Assembly: GCA_937625935.1 (NCBI GenBank)
Contig: OW569376.1
Span: 124,001-188,000, forward strand
Length of the DNA stretch: 64,000 nucleotides
Direction: 5' to 3'
Source of the DNA: Tetramitus jugosus
Taxonomy: Eukaryota; Protista; Heterolobosea
Shown here: positions 1-10,472 of the stretch, piece after piece
Position numbering within the stretch: position 1 is the first letter of the stretch
Layout: every line of letters begins with the position of its first letter
Translations under genes and position numbers: made by a program
Notes under the pieces: model-generated
Seen by the model: only the letters and a program-made list of their open reading frames with translations
What the model was told of the DNA's origin: nothing
The model's database searches: none

Positions 1-2
1 AT

Positions 3-2378
3 CTACCGAAAGACAAGTTGGTTTACAACTCTTTGCATCCATATTTTACTTGCATTCCCATCATTGCCTACATTCTAATCAGAAACTATAGCGCATTACT
101 CAGGAATCGATACAGCGCAGCATTCCGTCACTTTGGAAAGATGACACTGGAGACATACTTGTTGCAACATCATCTGTTTTTGGCAGCGAATGCCAAGAAG
201 TTGTTCGTTCTAATACCTGGACATCCAGTATTGAATATGTTAGTGGTATCGGTATTGTTTATCTTTTGCTCCAAGTTGTTATTCAACTTAACCATGGACT
301 TGAGGGATGCATTTGCTTCGGAGGAGCACACTGATCAACAGATTTGGACAAGATTCAAGGTGATTGTCTTCGTCTTCTCTTCTCTGTATTTAGTTACAAA
401 AATGTTATCACTGATTGACGTCACAATGAGTGCTCCTCTGATGGGATCATTGGTACTCACTTGTTCCATTGTGCTAGCTTTGGTACTACTCTTCATCTTT
501 CTGATAGGGAAGAAACATGAGCATTGGATATCGTCTTACGACCGAATTTTCAACATTTCACTGATTTGTTTGGTGATTGTCTCATCGGCCTTCATTGCAC
601 ACTCTCTCTTCAGATGTCTGTTCCAACTGGATGAAAAAGGAAGTAAGAAGGTCGGCTATGTTGGAGGGAGTATGCTCTGGGGAGTGTTTTCAGTTTGTTT
701 CTCACTCGGATCAATACTATTGTTCGACAATTATTCTGGATTGTTGAACATGAGTTTGTGTTTGTGGTCCAGAGGTGTGAAACAAGTCAAGTTTAGAGAA
801 GCGTATTCTAAATTTATTGCCAAAGACCCAACACAACACATCCAGGACTCTAATAGGGTGTTGAAAATGGTAAAGTTAGTTGTGGGTGTCTCATGTACTC
901 TCGCATCATTGGTAATTTTTGGATATGCATTGCATAGTATGCAGCTTCAATCTATTGTCTCTGTTGAAAGATCATCCGAACCTGTTGCTCTTCCCTTGAC
1001 TGAGGACATTATCGCTGACAAGTGCTCATCACTTCCTCCTCGACCTCTCTCCCTCTATCACGCAAATATTGATTGGACAAGTGGAGTTGATTCTGGATCG
1101 AATGTTACATTGTGTATCAAAGGTGGTGCAACCTTCTTGGATAAGCTAAAGCCTTCTGAAACGGTAACAGTGTTGTATGGGAGGGCAAGATCTGACATTG
1201 CTGATATTGGTTTTCTCTTTACACCTTGTGGAACAGATTGTTTTTGTGCAGAATTTCAAGTGTTTGAAGCAGGTCAGTACATTCTTGATGTTGGAGTCGC
1301 TCAACAATCGAGTTCTGCAAAATTTTCACGATACATTAATGTGAATCAATCGAGTGTTGTTATCACAGGGAAACAATTCACAGTGGTTCAATCTGATTCA
1401 GAAATCATGAGAACAATGCACAAGAGACCTCTCTTTCCCAATATCCTTCAAGCTCCTTCTAATGAGACGTATGTGCTTGATGGACGTTATGTGAACCAAA
1501 AGTATGCGCTTGATTCATACGCTCAACAAGAGCAACTATCCGATTTGAATTCAGTGATGCAACAGACTACTTTCAGAAATTGGTCAAATGGATTCGTTGA
1601 TAGAAACCAAGTATTCATCCATAACAAATACTTACTGAGGATGTACTCCCTGAGCGAAGCAAGGAAATGTTTGGCGAAGCATTGGGATCACATCTTATGG
1701 TTCGGAGATTCCAACTCAAGACGACTCATGACTTTGTTACTCCATGGTGAAAAGAATCCTTGCAAGGACAGAAGTGCATCATGTTGGATTGTTGGGGGAC
1801 GTTACAAGGATATCTTTGGGTTTCATGTTGAAAGAAAGGTCTGGGTTGGTCTCAATGAACAGACCTCAGATCCAGAACCTGTCTTTAAATCATTCTATTC
1901 ACGAAAGGAAGAAGGAGCTTTGATTCGATTCATGTTCATCAATGGATTGAATTCTGTTGAGAATGGAAGTGATGCATTCACAACTCTCGATAGATGGAAA
2001 CAATTCAAAGATCCTAGCGCTCATGGCGTCAAACTCGTAGTCGTGTCTGCTGGAAATTGGGACGGACAAAGAAGTTCTATGCCTGAATGGGAGGAGAACA
2101 TTAACAAATTGGCGATCGTAGTCAAGGAGAGATTTATTGACAAAGGAATTAAGGTGGTGTGGTTTACTCCAAACTTCCACACTCAAACTCTGTTCTTGAA
2201 TCCTTATGCAGTCCACAAATTGACTTCTATCGGTGCCAAGGTACTGGATGGGTTCTCGCTTGGAATTTGGAGACCTGATGAACTTCCTTTCCCAGGATAC
2301 ACTGGTCATTCAGCTTGGAGTAGAATGGAAATTCAAATGCAACTGCTCTATAACATGCTCTGTAACAACATGGAGTGA
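3..2378 (+). CDS. RWA/Cas1p-type multi-TM O-acetyltransferase fused to a C-terminal luminal SGNH (PC-esterase/NXPE-like) domain; 5' end outside window
   Basis: Frame open from the window start. 'DKLVYNSLHPYFTCIPIIAYILIRN...FGKMTLETYLLQHHLFLA' matches the C-terminus of Cas1_AcylT/RWA; further TM helices follow; then 'HILWFGDSNSRRL' (GDS motif), 'VVVSAGNWD' and a distal His. Confidence 0.8.
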   Translation, partial: LPKDKLVYNSLHPYFTCIPIIAYILIRNYSALLRNRYSAAFRHFGKMTLETYLLQHHLFLAANAKKLFVLIPGHPVLNMLVVSVLFIFCSKLLFNLTMDLRDAFASEEHTDQQIWTRFKVIVFVFSSLYLVTKMLSLIDVTMSAPLMGSLVLTCSIVLALVLLFIFLIGKKHEHWISSYDRIFNISLICLVIVSSAFIAHSLFRCLFQLDEKGSKKVGYVGGSMLWGVFSVCFSLGSILLFDNYSGLLNMSLCLWSRGVKQVKFREAYSKFIAKDPTQHIQDSNRVLKMVKLVVGVSCTLASLVIFGYALHSMQLQSIVSVERSSEPVALPLTEDIIADKCSSLPPRPLSLYHANIDWTSGVDSGSNVTLCIKGGATFLDKLKPSETVTVLYGRARSDIADIGFLFTPCGTDCFCAEFQVFEAGQYILDVGVAQQSSSAKFSRYINVNQSSVVITGKQFTVVQSDSEIMRTMHKRPLFPNILQAPSNETYVLDGRYVNQKYALDSYAQQEQLSDLNSVMQQTTFRNWSNGFVDRNQVFIHNKYLLRMYSLSEARKCLAKHWDHILWFGDSNSRRLMTLLLHGEKNPCKDRSASCWIVGGRYKDIFGFHVERKVWVGLNEQTSDPEPVFKSFYSRKEEGALIRFMFINGLNSVENGSDAFTTLDRWKQFKDPSAHGVKLVVVSAGNWDGQRSSMPEWEENINKLAIVVKERFIDKGIKVVWFTPNFHTQTLFLNPYAVHKLTSIGAKVLDGFSLGIWRPDELPFPGYTGHSAWSRMEIQMQLLYNMLCNNME

Positions 2379-2434
2379 CCCAATACAATTTTGTACTAAG
2401 AAGTGACTTAATGCTCTGAGATTTTGCTTTATTC

Positions 2435-3187
2435 CTAGTTCCAATTACCATACACCTTGACGCCAGCTTTCTGGAACACCAGATTCAAACCATGCTCTGC
2501 ATAAAGCAACTGTCTGTTTTCTGGAACCACTCTTTGTCCATGGTATTCGACATAGAGCTGATCAATATAGGGAGCAGCTCCAGATAGTAGCAAGTGAGGT
2601 AAAATTTCGTACTCTGCACCTTCTACGTCCATTTTCACAATAACAAAGTCATCGATCCTATAGTTTTCTTTGATCACACGAGCAATGTCATACGCCTTGG
2701 CCTGCACAACTTTGTCACCATTCTTTGATCGGCTGTTCACAACAGTTCTATGATTTTTCATCAAGCTTGTTCCTACAGAGTCATGTTGCACAGTATCCAA
2801 ATACACATTGACATAGTCATCGTTGATGTACGCAGCACTTTGTTTCATGATATGGAGTTTGTATTGGTTTGGACGTTCAGTCATAATCTTGTTTTCAATT
2901 CTCTCTAGCTCAGAATTCCAGTGAGGATTCACCTCAAAAGCCCAAATATCCCAATCACCTGTAGCTCCTCTGCCAGAAAGCTTCCTGTTGTTGTTTAGAC
3001 CTACAGTCTTTCCATCCAAGGTCACAAAAGTCTCAATGGAATCACCCTTGTTTGCCCCTAGGTCAAAGTACACGTGTTTTGGCTCACGAGTCACCTTTGA
3101 GGTTAGAACTAGACAGCAGATGAGAAGCAAAACAGTAATGGCTCCTATGATAGTAAGGATCTTGTTCCTCTGTGTCATTCGCTGCAT
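2435..3187 (-). CDS. FkbM-family (Methyltransf_21) methyltransferase, type II membrane protein
   Basis: N-terminal signal-anchor; YFDLGANKG, WAFEVNP, VKMDVEGAEYEIL and LYVEYH motifs. Confidence 0.85.
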   Translation of the reverse strand: MQRMTQRNKILTIIGAITVLLLICCLVLTSKVTREPKHVYFDLGANKGDSIETFVTLDGKTVGLNNNRKLSGRGATGDWDIWAFEVNPHWNSELERIENKIMTERPNQYKLHIMKQSAAYINDDYVNVYLDTVQHDSVGTSLMKNHRTVVNSRSKNGDKVVQAKAYDIARVIKENYRIDDFVIVKMDVEGAEYEILPHLLLSGAAPYIDQLYVEYHGQRVVPENRQLLYAEHGLNLVFQKAGVKVYGNWN

Positions 3188-3320
3188 ACTATGCTGTGTG
3201 GTTGTTGCGTTTTGTTCTTACTGTAGCAGCAGATTTTTTTCTATTGTCCGAAGAAAACCGTGGAAGTAAATCCCCGCTTAATATTTTATTACTCTATGAT
3301 GACGCAGAAGAGATTCTAGT

Positions 3321-3902
3321 TCATGGCTCATCATGTCCATTGTCGAACAGCACAGAGAATCGAGGAACAAATTTTCCTAAACAATTAGAACAGGTTGTTC
3401 TGTATTCTTGAGCGCTAGCAGACCATCCCATCTTGACATCAGCATCTGACAATTCAAAATTACAATCTGGACACACATCCTGCGTATCAAAGTGGAATTT
3501 GGAGAATACAGAGAGTGGATGTGCATGATTGACAGCAGTTGATATGTCAACATACAAAGGAGCTCCAGCAAAGTTCACGGATGTTGCGAGATTCGAAGCC
3601 AAATCTCCATCCAATTCCTCGGATACAGTCCTTCCATGATGCGCTGATTGTTGTAGGGATTTCAATTTCATGCTCTTCCTGTACTGTGTTTTCAACAGTT
3701 TGTGTCGTTGATCCTCAGTGAGCACAACTTGGTTGGACAGAGATGCAAGAGTAGATAGAATAGTTTTCCATGAAGCCATAATTGTTTCTCCATATCTTGA
3801 TGCACAATCGCTCATTGAGAAGGTAATGTTGGCCGGTTTTCCCCCTTCGATTCCGATCGGACTACAATTGAGAAGAACTTTGGGCTTTACAATGGGTCTC
3901 AA
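3321..3902 (-). pseudogene. Fragment resembling the C-terminal Cys-rich region of DENND4-like proteins
   Basis: 'CPDCNFELSDADVKMGWSASAQEYRTTCSNCLGKFVPRF' resembles the DENND4 'C..C....DEEIMAGW...TxC..C..FVP' segment; no DENN domain and no clear gene start. Confidence 0.4.
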
Positions 3903-4220
3903 TTTCCTTAGATGGTGTTTGCGCGAACATTTCCATAAAGGAATTTCTCATTGTAAAAGGTAGCACATTGAATACAATCAACTTTCAGCAACTTGTCAAT
4001 TGTCACTGAATTCACTCGAAGAAGAAGTTGTGCGCAATTCTTTTACTGATTCGATTTTGTGCGCGGGCCATCTTCACCCGAACCGACGAATGACGAATCG
4101 AATTCGACAGGTCGATCAAAGCTCCCGACATTTATTGACCTTATGCGTTTTTAGGGCAACGTTATACTTGTCCAAACCAACACCAGAACAACTAGGTTGT
4201 GACAAAACTCAACAAACACA

Positions 4221-5088
4221 ATGCACTTTTCCTCTCGTTCCCTCAAGAAAGTTGCCATCGTTACTGCCATATTCTTCTGCTTGTTTATGATCCTTTATTG
4301 GAGAAGAAACAGTTACAGCGACAATGACAGTGACGTCTTAAGACGTTTATCATTGGACCACAATAATAATGGTGTGAATATGGACAATCACTAAGGAAGA
4401 ATTCCTTCAAGCCAGCCAACTGGCCAGAGAACTAGGAGAAAAGTGTCGCGCCAATGTTCAACAACCAGGTTGCATTACGCAAGATTGCCCTGTGCTTCCA
4501 TTTGGTTTCAATGGCAGACCAAAGAATCATCCAGAAAATGAGATTGGTAACAATTGTGAGCCATGGATGCGTCGTGATGCTGTTTTGTTGCTTAACCAAT
4601 TGGCAAAGCCCTATTTTACAGTGTTGGAGTGGAGTTCTGGATCGAGCACCATTTGGACACTGCCAAGAGTCTCTCGCATGATTTCTGTGGAGAACAATGC
4701 CGAGTGGGCACGTTCAGTCATTAAAACAGTTGAATCCATGGGGTTGAGTCACAAGGTTCAGTTCCATGTCATTCCAGGAACCAACGAGGGACCAGAGTGG
4801 GCCAAGTCTTTCAATACAGGCCAGTACTTTGTTGATTACGTGGGAGTCAAGTTACCCACAGAGTTGAATGCCAAGTATGATATGATTATTGTGGATGGAA
4901 GAGCGAGATCTGCTTGCTTGCAGCGAGCTGTGGCATTGTTGAAACCAGAGGGAGGCATTCTCGTGTTGGACAACTCTGATAGAAATTACAAGAAGGACTA
5001 TGTGCCTACTTATTGGCTGCGCTTCACTTCGATCAATGCTCAGCCCGTCGAAACTACTGTTTGGTTGTCTCAATTGCCTAGCCAGTAA
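4221..5088 (+). CDS. Class I SAM-dependent methyltransferase, type II membrane protein; frameshift near 4375-4390 (pseudogene or sequence error)
   Basis: ATG 4221 gives MHFSSRSLKKVAIVTAIFFCLFMILYW (signal-anchor), colinear with the paralog at 63532. The catalytic part (VLEWSSGSST, YDMIIVDGRAR, GGILVLDN) lies in the +1 frame. Confidence 0.75.
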
Positions 5089-5133
5089 TTCAACTTAAAG
5101 AAGAAATAGATAAACTAAAATATTAATTATTGT

Positions 5134-5200
5134 ATCAGCCTTCATTGCACTCTCTCTTCAGATACCTATTACGACTGGGTGGACAAGGAGATTAAGGAAG
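5134..5200 (+). pseudogene. Short relic copy of an internal segment (584-650) of the acetyltransferase gene
   Basis: atcagccttcattgcac--tctctcttcagatacctattacgactgg aligns to atcggccttcattgcacactctctcttcagatgtctgttccaactgg at 584. Confidence 0.7.
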
Positions 5201-5763
5201 TATTTTCAGTGACATTATGCATGCAGAGTTGTCCTGAAACAAGCTTAGACTGCTTAGGGAAATGAACAGAAAAGAGCGTTGAGCATTGAGAATTCAGAGT
5301 ACAGCAGTGTATGCCAGAACACTCGCGATTGCATTGAAGAAGAGGGGAAGGGTTTCTGTGTGATGATCAATGTGGAGGAAACATTTCTGTCCAGTGGTTT
5401 TCGCAATTGAGGTTGTTGCATTCAAGTCAGCATTGATTGACGACCTGTTTATCTGAAAAGTTTATTCCAATTTTTATTCTCATTGATGTATCAGGAAAAC
5501 TCCCAAGTAGAAGTGAAACTGGAAGGGAACTATGGCTCTTATACAATCAAGGTCGAACAAGTGGGTAGTGGAGCTCCTTCATGAACAGTTGGTCACACTA
5601 CTGTCGTTCGGACGTGAGTTTTCTTTATCGATAAAGAATAACCCAACTCTGTACATAAATTATTTGAGGAACTAAGATTAGAAGACCAAGAAAGTTAATC
5701 AAGAGACTGTCACAGTTGGTGCTTTAGCGAGTGATTTTACTTCCGAGTTCGTGATGACCGATA

Positions 5764-6819
5764 CTATGCAGCCTTCAAATGATTGATCAGCCGAGCCAAA
5801 TCAATTTTACTTAGATCTGAGATGCCAGTTGCTTTTCTTGACGACAAAGTAGCCTGTGTACTCAAATGAAACATCTTTCGACTAAATATGGGCGAATCAG
5901 CTGTATCCATCAACTGTTTTGCTCTCATGTCAACAATAATGTGCATATCTGAAACATGGGGCTTCCCATTGAATTCATTGTGTGGGCCTAGCGTAAAATT
6001 AGCCATATAGTCCACCACTCTTTCAAACTCACTTGCGTTTCCATACACCATGGAAGGAACAGAATTCTCATAACCTGTGAACCGCTTGGGAAATGGTTGT
6101 TGTCCATAGAAATCATCAGGCCTGTATCTAAAGTTGATCAAATCGAAATCAACCATGATTCCACCTCCAACAACAGCCAATGCAATGTATCTGATGTAAC
6201 ATGATATTTCGTAGGTGGGATTGTTGACTGTTGGAAGATTGGATAATCGCTGAATCCATTCCGAGTACTTTGGATGGTGTTGAGCATCTTCTTCACTCAA
6301 CACAATCGGTTCCCAACAATTGTATTCCCACGATACTCTCCACTCTTCCAAGATATCTTGTCCCTGTGATTGTATATCTGGCATAGGAGTAAAGTACGTG
6401 TAGACCCGTCGATCAAGACCTTCATATGGAGTACAGTCAATGGGTGAGTGAAACTTCCGCTTGATGGCAGTTCTCGTAGGTTTTGGCTTTGCAGGCGACG
6501 AAACTGTTGTGGAGTTCGTTTTCGCCCCTTCTGTCGAAGTAGTGGGAGTGGTTGAGTTTGAGGTAGATGGTGTTGGGATGGGTCTCGAGGTGGATGTGGT
6601 AGAAGCAATGGGGGTGATGCAAGCTGCTTCCGTTGTTGTTGGACGTCCTGTGGGTGATGGTGTAGCTATGTTGGCGTCATCCAAAGCTGGTGTGGTTCTT
6701 GTGATGGGGTGTTCGACAACGGTGATTGTGGAAGAACATCTCCAAGTCATCATATTCAATAAGATGATTGAGATAAGGCAGACCAAAAAAATGGTAATGA
6801 GTCGAAACTTGGGTCTCAT
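5764..6819 (-). CDS. Putative DxD glycosyltransferase (GT32/Gly_transf_sug-like), type II membrane protein with Ser/Thr/Pro-rich stem (copy A)
   Basis: Signal-anchor, mucin-like stem, 'CYIRYIALAVVGGGIMVDFD' (R...GG...DxD). Confidence 0.7.
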   Translation of the reverse strand: MRPKFRLITIFLVCLISIILLNMMTWRCSSTITVVEHPITRTTPALDDANIATPSPTGRPTTTEAACITPIASTTSTSRPIPTPSTSNSTTPTTSTEGAKTNSTTVSSPAKPKPTRTAIKRKFHSPIDCTPYEGLDRRVYTYFTPMPDIQSQGQDILEEWRVSWEYNCWEPIVLSEEDAQHHPKYSEWIQRLSNLPTVNNPTYEISCYIRYIALAVVGGGIMVDFDLINFRYRPDDFYGQQPFPKRFTGYENSVPSMVYGNASEFERVVDYMANFTLGPHNEFNGKPHVSDMHIIVDMRAKQLMDTADSPIFSRKMFHLSTQATLSSRKATGISDLSKIDLARLINHLKAA

Positions 6820-6968
6820 TGTGTGGTTGGTGTTTTTTGAATTTCTTGAAGGTTATGTTGTTTTTTGCTTTGACAGATTCATTCACTTTTCAGGTAAAAA
6901 GGAATTGTTCCCTAGTTTTTTTATTCCAAAAAGGAGAAAACACAAAAAAGAAACAAATGCTTGGACAA

Positions 6969-7475
6969 ATGCCTTCCTCTCGCCTTCGCCTGTTATTGCT
7001 CTGTTGGTCTCTTCTTATTGTTGTGATTGTATGTTTTTCCCTCTCATCTGTTCGTGGTTCTCGTTATGTGGAAACTTCAACCCGAGAAGAACATCGCAAC
7101 ATTATTACATTGACGCCAGACAACATCTCGCACATTACGCAAAACTATAATGTTCTGACATACTTTTACTCACCCCGGTGTGGGCACTGCGAGAGATTTT
7201 CTCCACAGATTCATAAGCTGGCGGCTCTGATCCATCGATCCAACATGAATGAACATGTGCTTGTTGCTCAGATGGACATGTCCAAGTATCCAAACATGAC
7301 AAATGCTTTCTCTGTTAACGGATTCCCCACACTCAAGCTATTCACCAAACGACAACACCATCACATTGTTCAAAACGACGATCGCATGGGTTCGCACGGA
7401 AAAGAATTCCACGCGGCACGCACTTTTCAAAATTTGCTCGACTTTTTACATTCGGAGCTGCATGACCCACAATGA
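6969..7475 (+). CDS. Single-domain thioredoxin/PDI-like secretory protein (copy A)
   Basis: Signal peptide; FYSPRCGHC; VNGFPTLKLF; start chosen by alignment with the paralog at 42332. Confidence 0.85.
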   Translation: MPSSRLRLLLLCWSLLIVVIVCFSLSSVRGSRYVETSTREEHRNIITLTPDNISHITQNYNVLTYFYSPRCGHCERFSPQIHKLAALIHRSNMNEHVLVAQMDMSKYPNMTNAFSVNGFPTLKLFTKRQHHHIVQNDDRMGSHGKEFHAARTFQNLLDFLHSELHDPQ

Positions 7476-7595
7476 GGCAAACACAATAAAACCCCGAAAC
7501 GGCCGGTCAATGTGCAGCTGTTGCTGTCAAAAACAAAAACAACTTGAAAGCACCTGGACCCACAAAAACAAAAGAAAACGACCATTCACCACAAC

Positions 7596-8705
7596 ATGAG
7601 CAATCAAAAGAGTATACCGAGACTAAAATCAAAGCACATGACGATGTTTGTCATTGTCATTTGCTCGCTTGCCTTTCTATTGTTTGTCAATGTAAGGCGA
7701 AGCAAATTCAATGTCACATCATCCTCGGCATTGCTATTGGACAAGGACAATTTTGACATGGATGATACGGAAACCATCATGCATGGTGATCAACTTGTTA
7801 GCAAATTCTTCTTTGTTGGAGTGCCCAGTACGTGCTCAGAGGTTGGCAATACGAGGCGAAGTGCCATTCGACAGCACATGAGTCAATATTCAAACATTGC
7901 TGATGTCAGGTTCTTTGTCGATCGAACAGAGCACTATCTTGCAAAGCCACCACGGCAGTGCGATGTGATTTTGCGTCATGAACAAGAACAGTACGATGAT
8001 ATTGTGTTTACGTCAAGTTTGGAGAGTCAACAGGGACCTCAAGCTCTGATTTACAAGACGGATGCAATTTTGTTCTATATGGTCTCTAGTCCCTACAAGT
8101 ATCGATTCTTGATGAAAATGGATGATGATAGTCTGGTGTTGGTCGATCGGTTCAAGGAACAACTAGAGGAAACAATTGACAAACCGTTTATACAGCAACA
8201 TTCGTGGCTCAACTCTCAATCAGCGCTGAGAAAGTCTGTTGTGTCCTATGCAGGTTACTTCCTAGGTAGATCTACTGTTCTTAACTCAAATCCAAGATTC
8301 AAGAGTGATACAGGGTTGGAATTCTATCCAATGTACGCTCAAGGCTCAACGTACTGCATCTCATCGAGGCTTGTGGAAGCACTTTACAAGTTGTCCCAGC
8401 AAGTAGAACTAACAAAGTGGGGAAGCGAGGATACCACAATGGGATTTAGAATCTTGAGTCTGGAGCACACAAGAGTTCACTTGACTGATCAATACGTATT
8501 TGCAGGTTTCGAGAACTGTGGACCACAAACGCTGGTATTCCATCCAATCAAGAAGGCAGACAAACTGCTGCTTGCTTCAAATGTTGTCTATCAGAATATA
8601 ACTAGAGCGTGTGAGATATTTTTGGAAGGTAATGCTCAACCCAAGCCAAAGCCAAAACCAGCTCCTGCAGCAACTGAGCGTTCGATACAACAACCCCAGC
8701 AATAG
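7596..8705 (+). CDS. GT31 (galactosyltransferase/fringe-like) glycosyltransferase
   Basis: Signal-anchor; RRSAIR, EQEQYDDI, FLMKMDDD, YAQGSTYCIS, EDTTMG and HPIK motifs. Confidence 0.85.
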   Translation: MSNQKSIPRLKSKHMTMFVIVICSLAFLLFVNVRRSKFNVTSSSALLLDKDNFDMDDTETIMHGDQLVSKFFFVGVPSTCSEVGNTRRSAIRQHMSQYSNIADVRFFVDRTEHYLAKPPRQCDVILRHEQEQYDDIVFTSSLESQQGPQALIYKTDAILFYMVSSPYKYRFLMKMDDDSLVLVDRFKEQLEETIDKPFIQQHSWLNSQSALRKSVVSYAGYFLGRSTVLNSNPRFKSDTGLEFYPMYAQGSTYCISSRLVEALYKLSQQVELTKWGSEDTTMGFRILSLEHTRVHLTDQYVFAGFENCGPQTLVFHPIKKADKLLLASNVVYQNITRACEIFLEGNAQPKPKPKPAPAATERSIQQPQQ

Positions 8706-9360
8706 TTGCTCCAGCAAACCCTCAACAGTTTTGGAGCTCCAAAACCTTCCAAGCACAGCAAAATTCCAGAAATAAATATTAAGCCAGTTGGAGTAACAAT
8801 AAAAAATGAACCATTGGAATAATGCTCACATAGTAGACTGTTTACTGTTGAGGCTTCAATCGATTTGCTCTTATTGGTCTAACAACACAATTCTGTCATT
8901 AAGCCTTCATAGGATGTTCCTTTTGTATCATGTTCGCGCCGTTTCCCACGTCTCTAATTGGTTAAACTCTGCGTTCGCAAGTACCAATTAAAGGAGTTTT
9001 GGAGCAGAAAGCATGAATTTGAACACAGCGCGGAAGTCGCAACAGCAACAACAACCTGGGTCACTATGGTTCAACATCAACTACACAAAAAGAAATATAC
9101 AGCCTAAGGTTTTCTCTTTCCTCAAAAGTGGAACTTTTACAAAGACAAATGATACAGCCCCGCCTCGCTCGATTTGGCAGTTGTTCTAACATGAAAGACC
9201 ACAAGTACATCAGCCAATTTTTAGTACGTCGAAGTCGCAAGGATATATTATCAGGGGCCGCTAGTATTATGTAACTTCAGGCAATGAAAAACCAAGGAAC
9301 AGCAATTGGAACACAAAATGATCATTTTTTCTAAACATACATTTTCTCAAAGGTGATTGG

Positions 9361-10472
9361 TTGATTATTGAATCTCACATCCAACAATGTGCGTTGAAAG
9401 CGATAACACACAGGATGCAACCAGAGTTTGCCCCTTTGTTCTTAACGGAAAAAAACACGAACTCATGTCTACACAAGGACTGTCAGTACAGGCGGTCGTT
9501 TACGCAGAAAGGAATATGTCTTATGGACAAAAATCAGCAAGATGGCAAATGCAACTCTGAAGCATGGTCAACAGAATTGTAATAGGTACAGTGAGCAGAA
9601 AGGGTGAATGTTACAGATTATGATCTAGCGCGGATAGTCCCAACGAAGGAATTATTGAGTCGTTCCACTGCACAAGTATGTTGAATGATGCGAACACTGT
9701 CCCGAACAGCCGTATGAGGGCCACGATGTGGTCGAGCCGGTAAATTCAGTGTTGAGAAGATTATAAAATGGGTGGCGACAATGTATGCGAACTGAGAGGC
9801 AATCCAACGATAGTATCCACTAAAGTACCTAAACTGAAACAATTAACCGATCCCGGAAGTTGCAGGATTCTAAACTTTTCTTTTTCCAGACAGAGTGAGA
9901 CGGTGGGTGTAGAAGATAGAGTTATGACAATAGTACGACAGCAAGCGTACAACCTAGAGGATCCTGCGTTAACCAAAGTTTATTCCAATTGGCGAGGAGG
10001 ATGATGATGAATTACACAAGATCGATTTACTTGTTACAAAAATGATGGAATTATTAGATGAACATGACAAGAAAAGACCGGTGAATCATCAAGGTATGAT
10101 TCTTGTTCGCAAGAAGGAAGAATCTAATTTGGTCGCGCAGAGGGCTAACAACCTATATCCTTCGAATACTGTGAGTTATCATCGAGATACACCTGAGATG
10201 AGCTTGACTAAGTTTAAAGGCAACGAGTTCAGAATCATTGTTATATGTGGCGTTTGCTTGAAGGTTTCAATCAACCAACTGTGAGCGTTCTGGTATTCAC
10301 AGAAAAGTTAAGTCACAAGTGGTATTCACTCAGTTTTAGTGTCGATGCTTGCCTTGTGGCTCATATATCCTTTGATCAAGAACCTAATTATAAGGCCTAT
10401 ATGGACGAGGAAATTGCAGAATCAGATCCAATAGAGGATAGATCAGTATTGGCAGAAATTTCAAACCAATAA
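9361..10472 (+). pseudogene. Degraded SF2 (ResIII/DEAD-like) helicase
   Basis: Fragmented ORFs with helicase C-terminal-like text: GMILVRKKEES, SYHRD...KFKGNEFRIIVIC, LLEGFNQPTVSV (motif V-like); many stops and frameshifts. Confidence 0.45.

Noticed and set aside
6461-7150. 229-aa Val/Gly-rich ORF (and its twin at 41588-42013)
   Set aside because: Antisense shadow of the Thr/Pro-rich GT stem.
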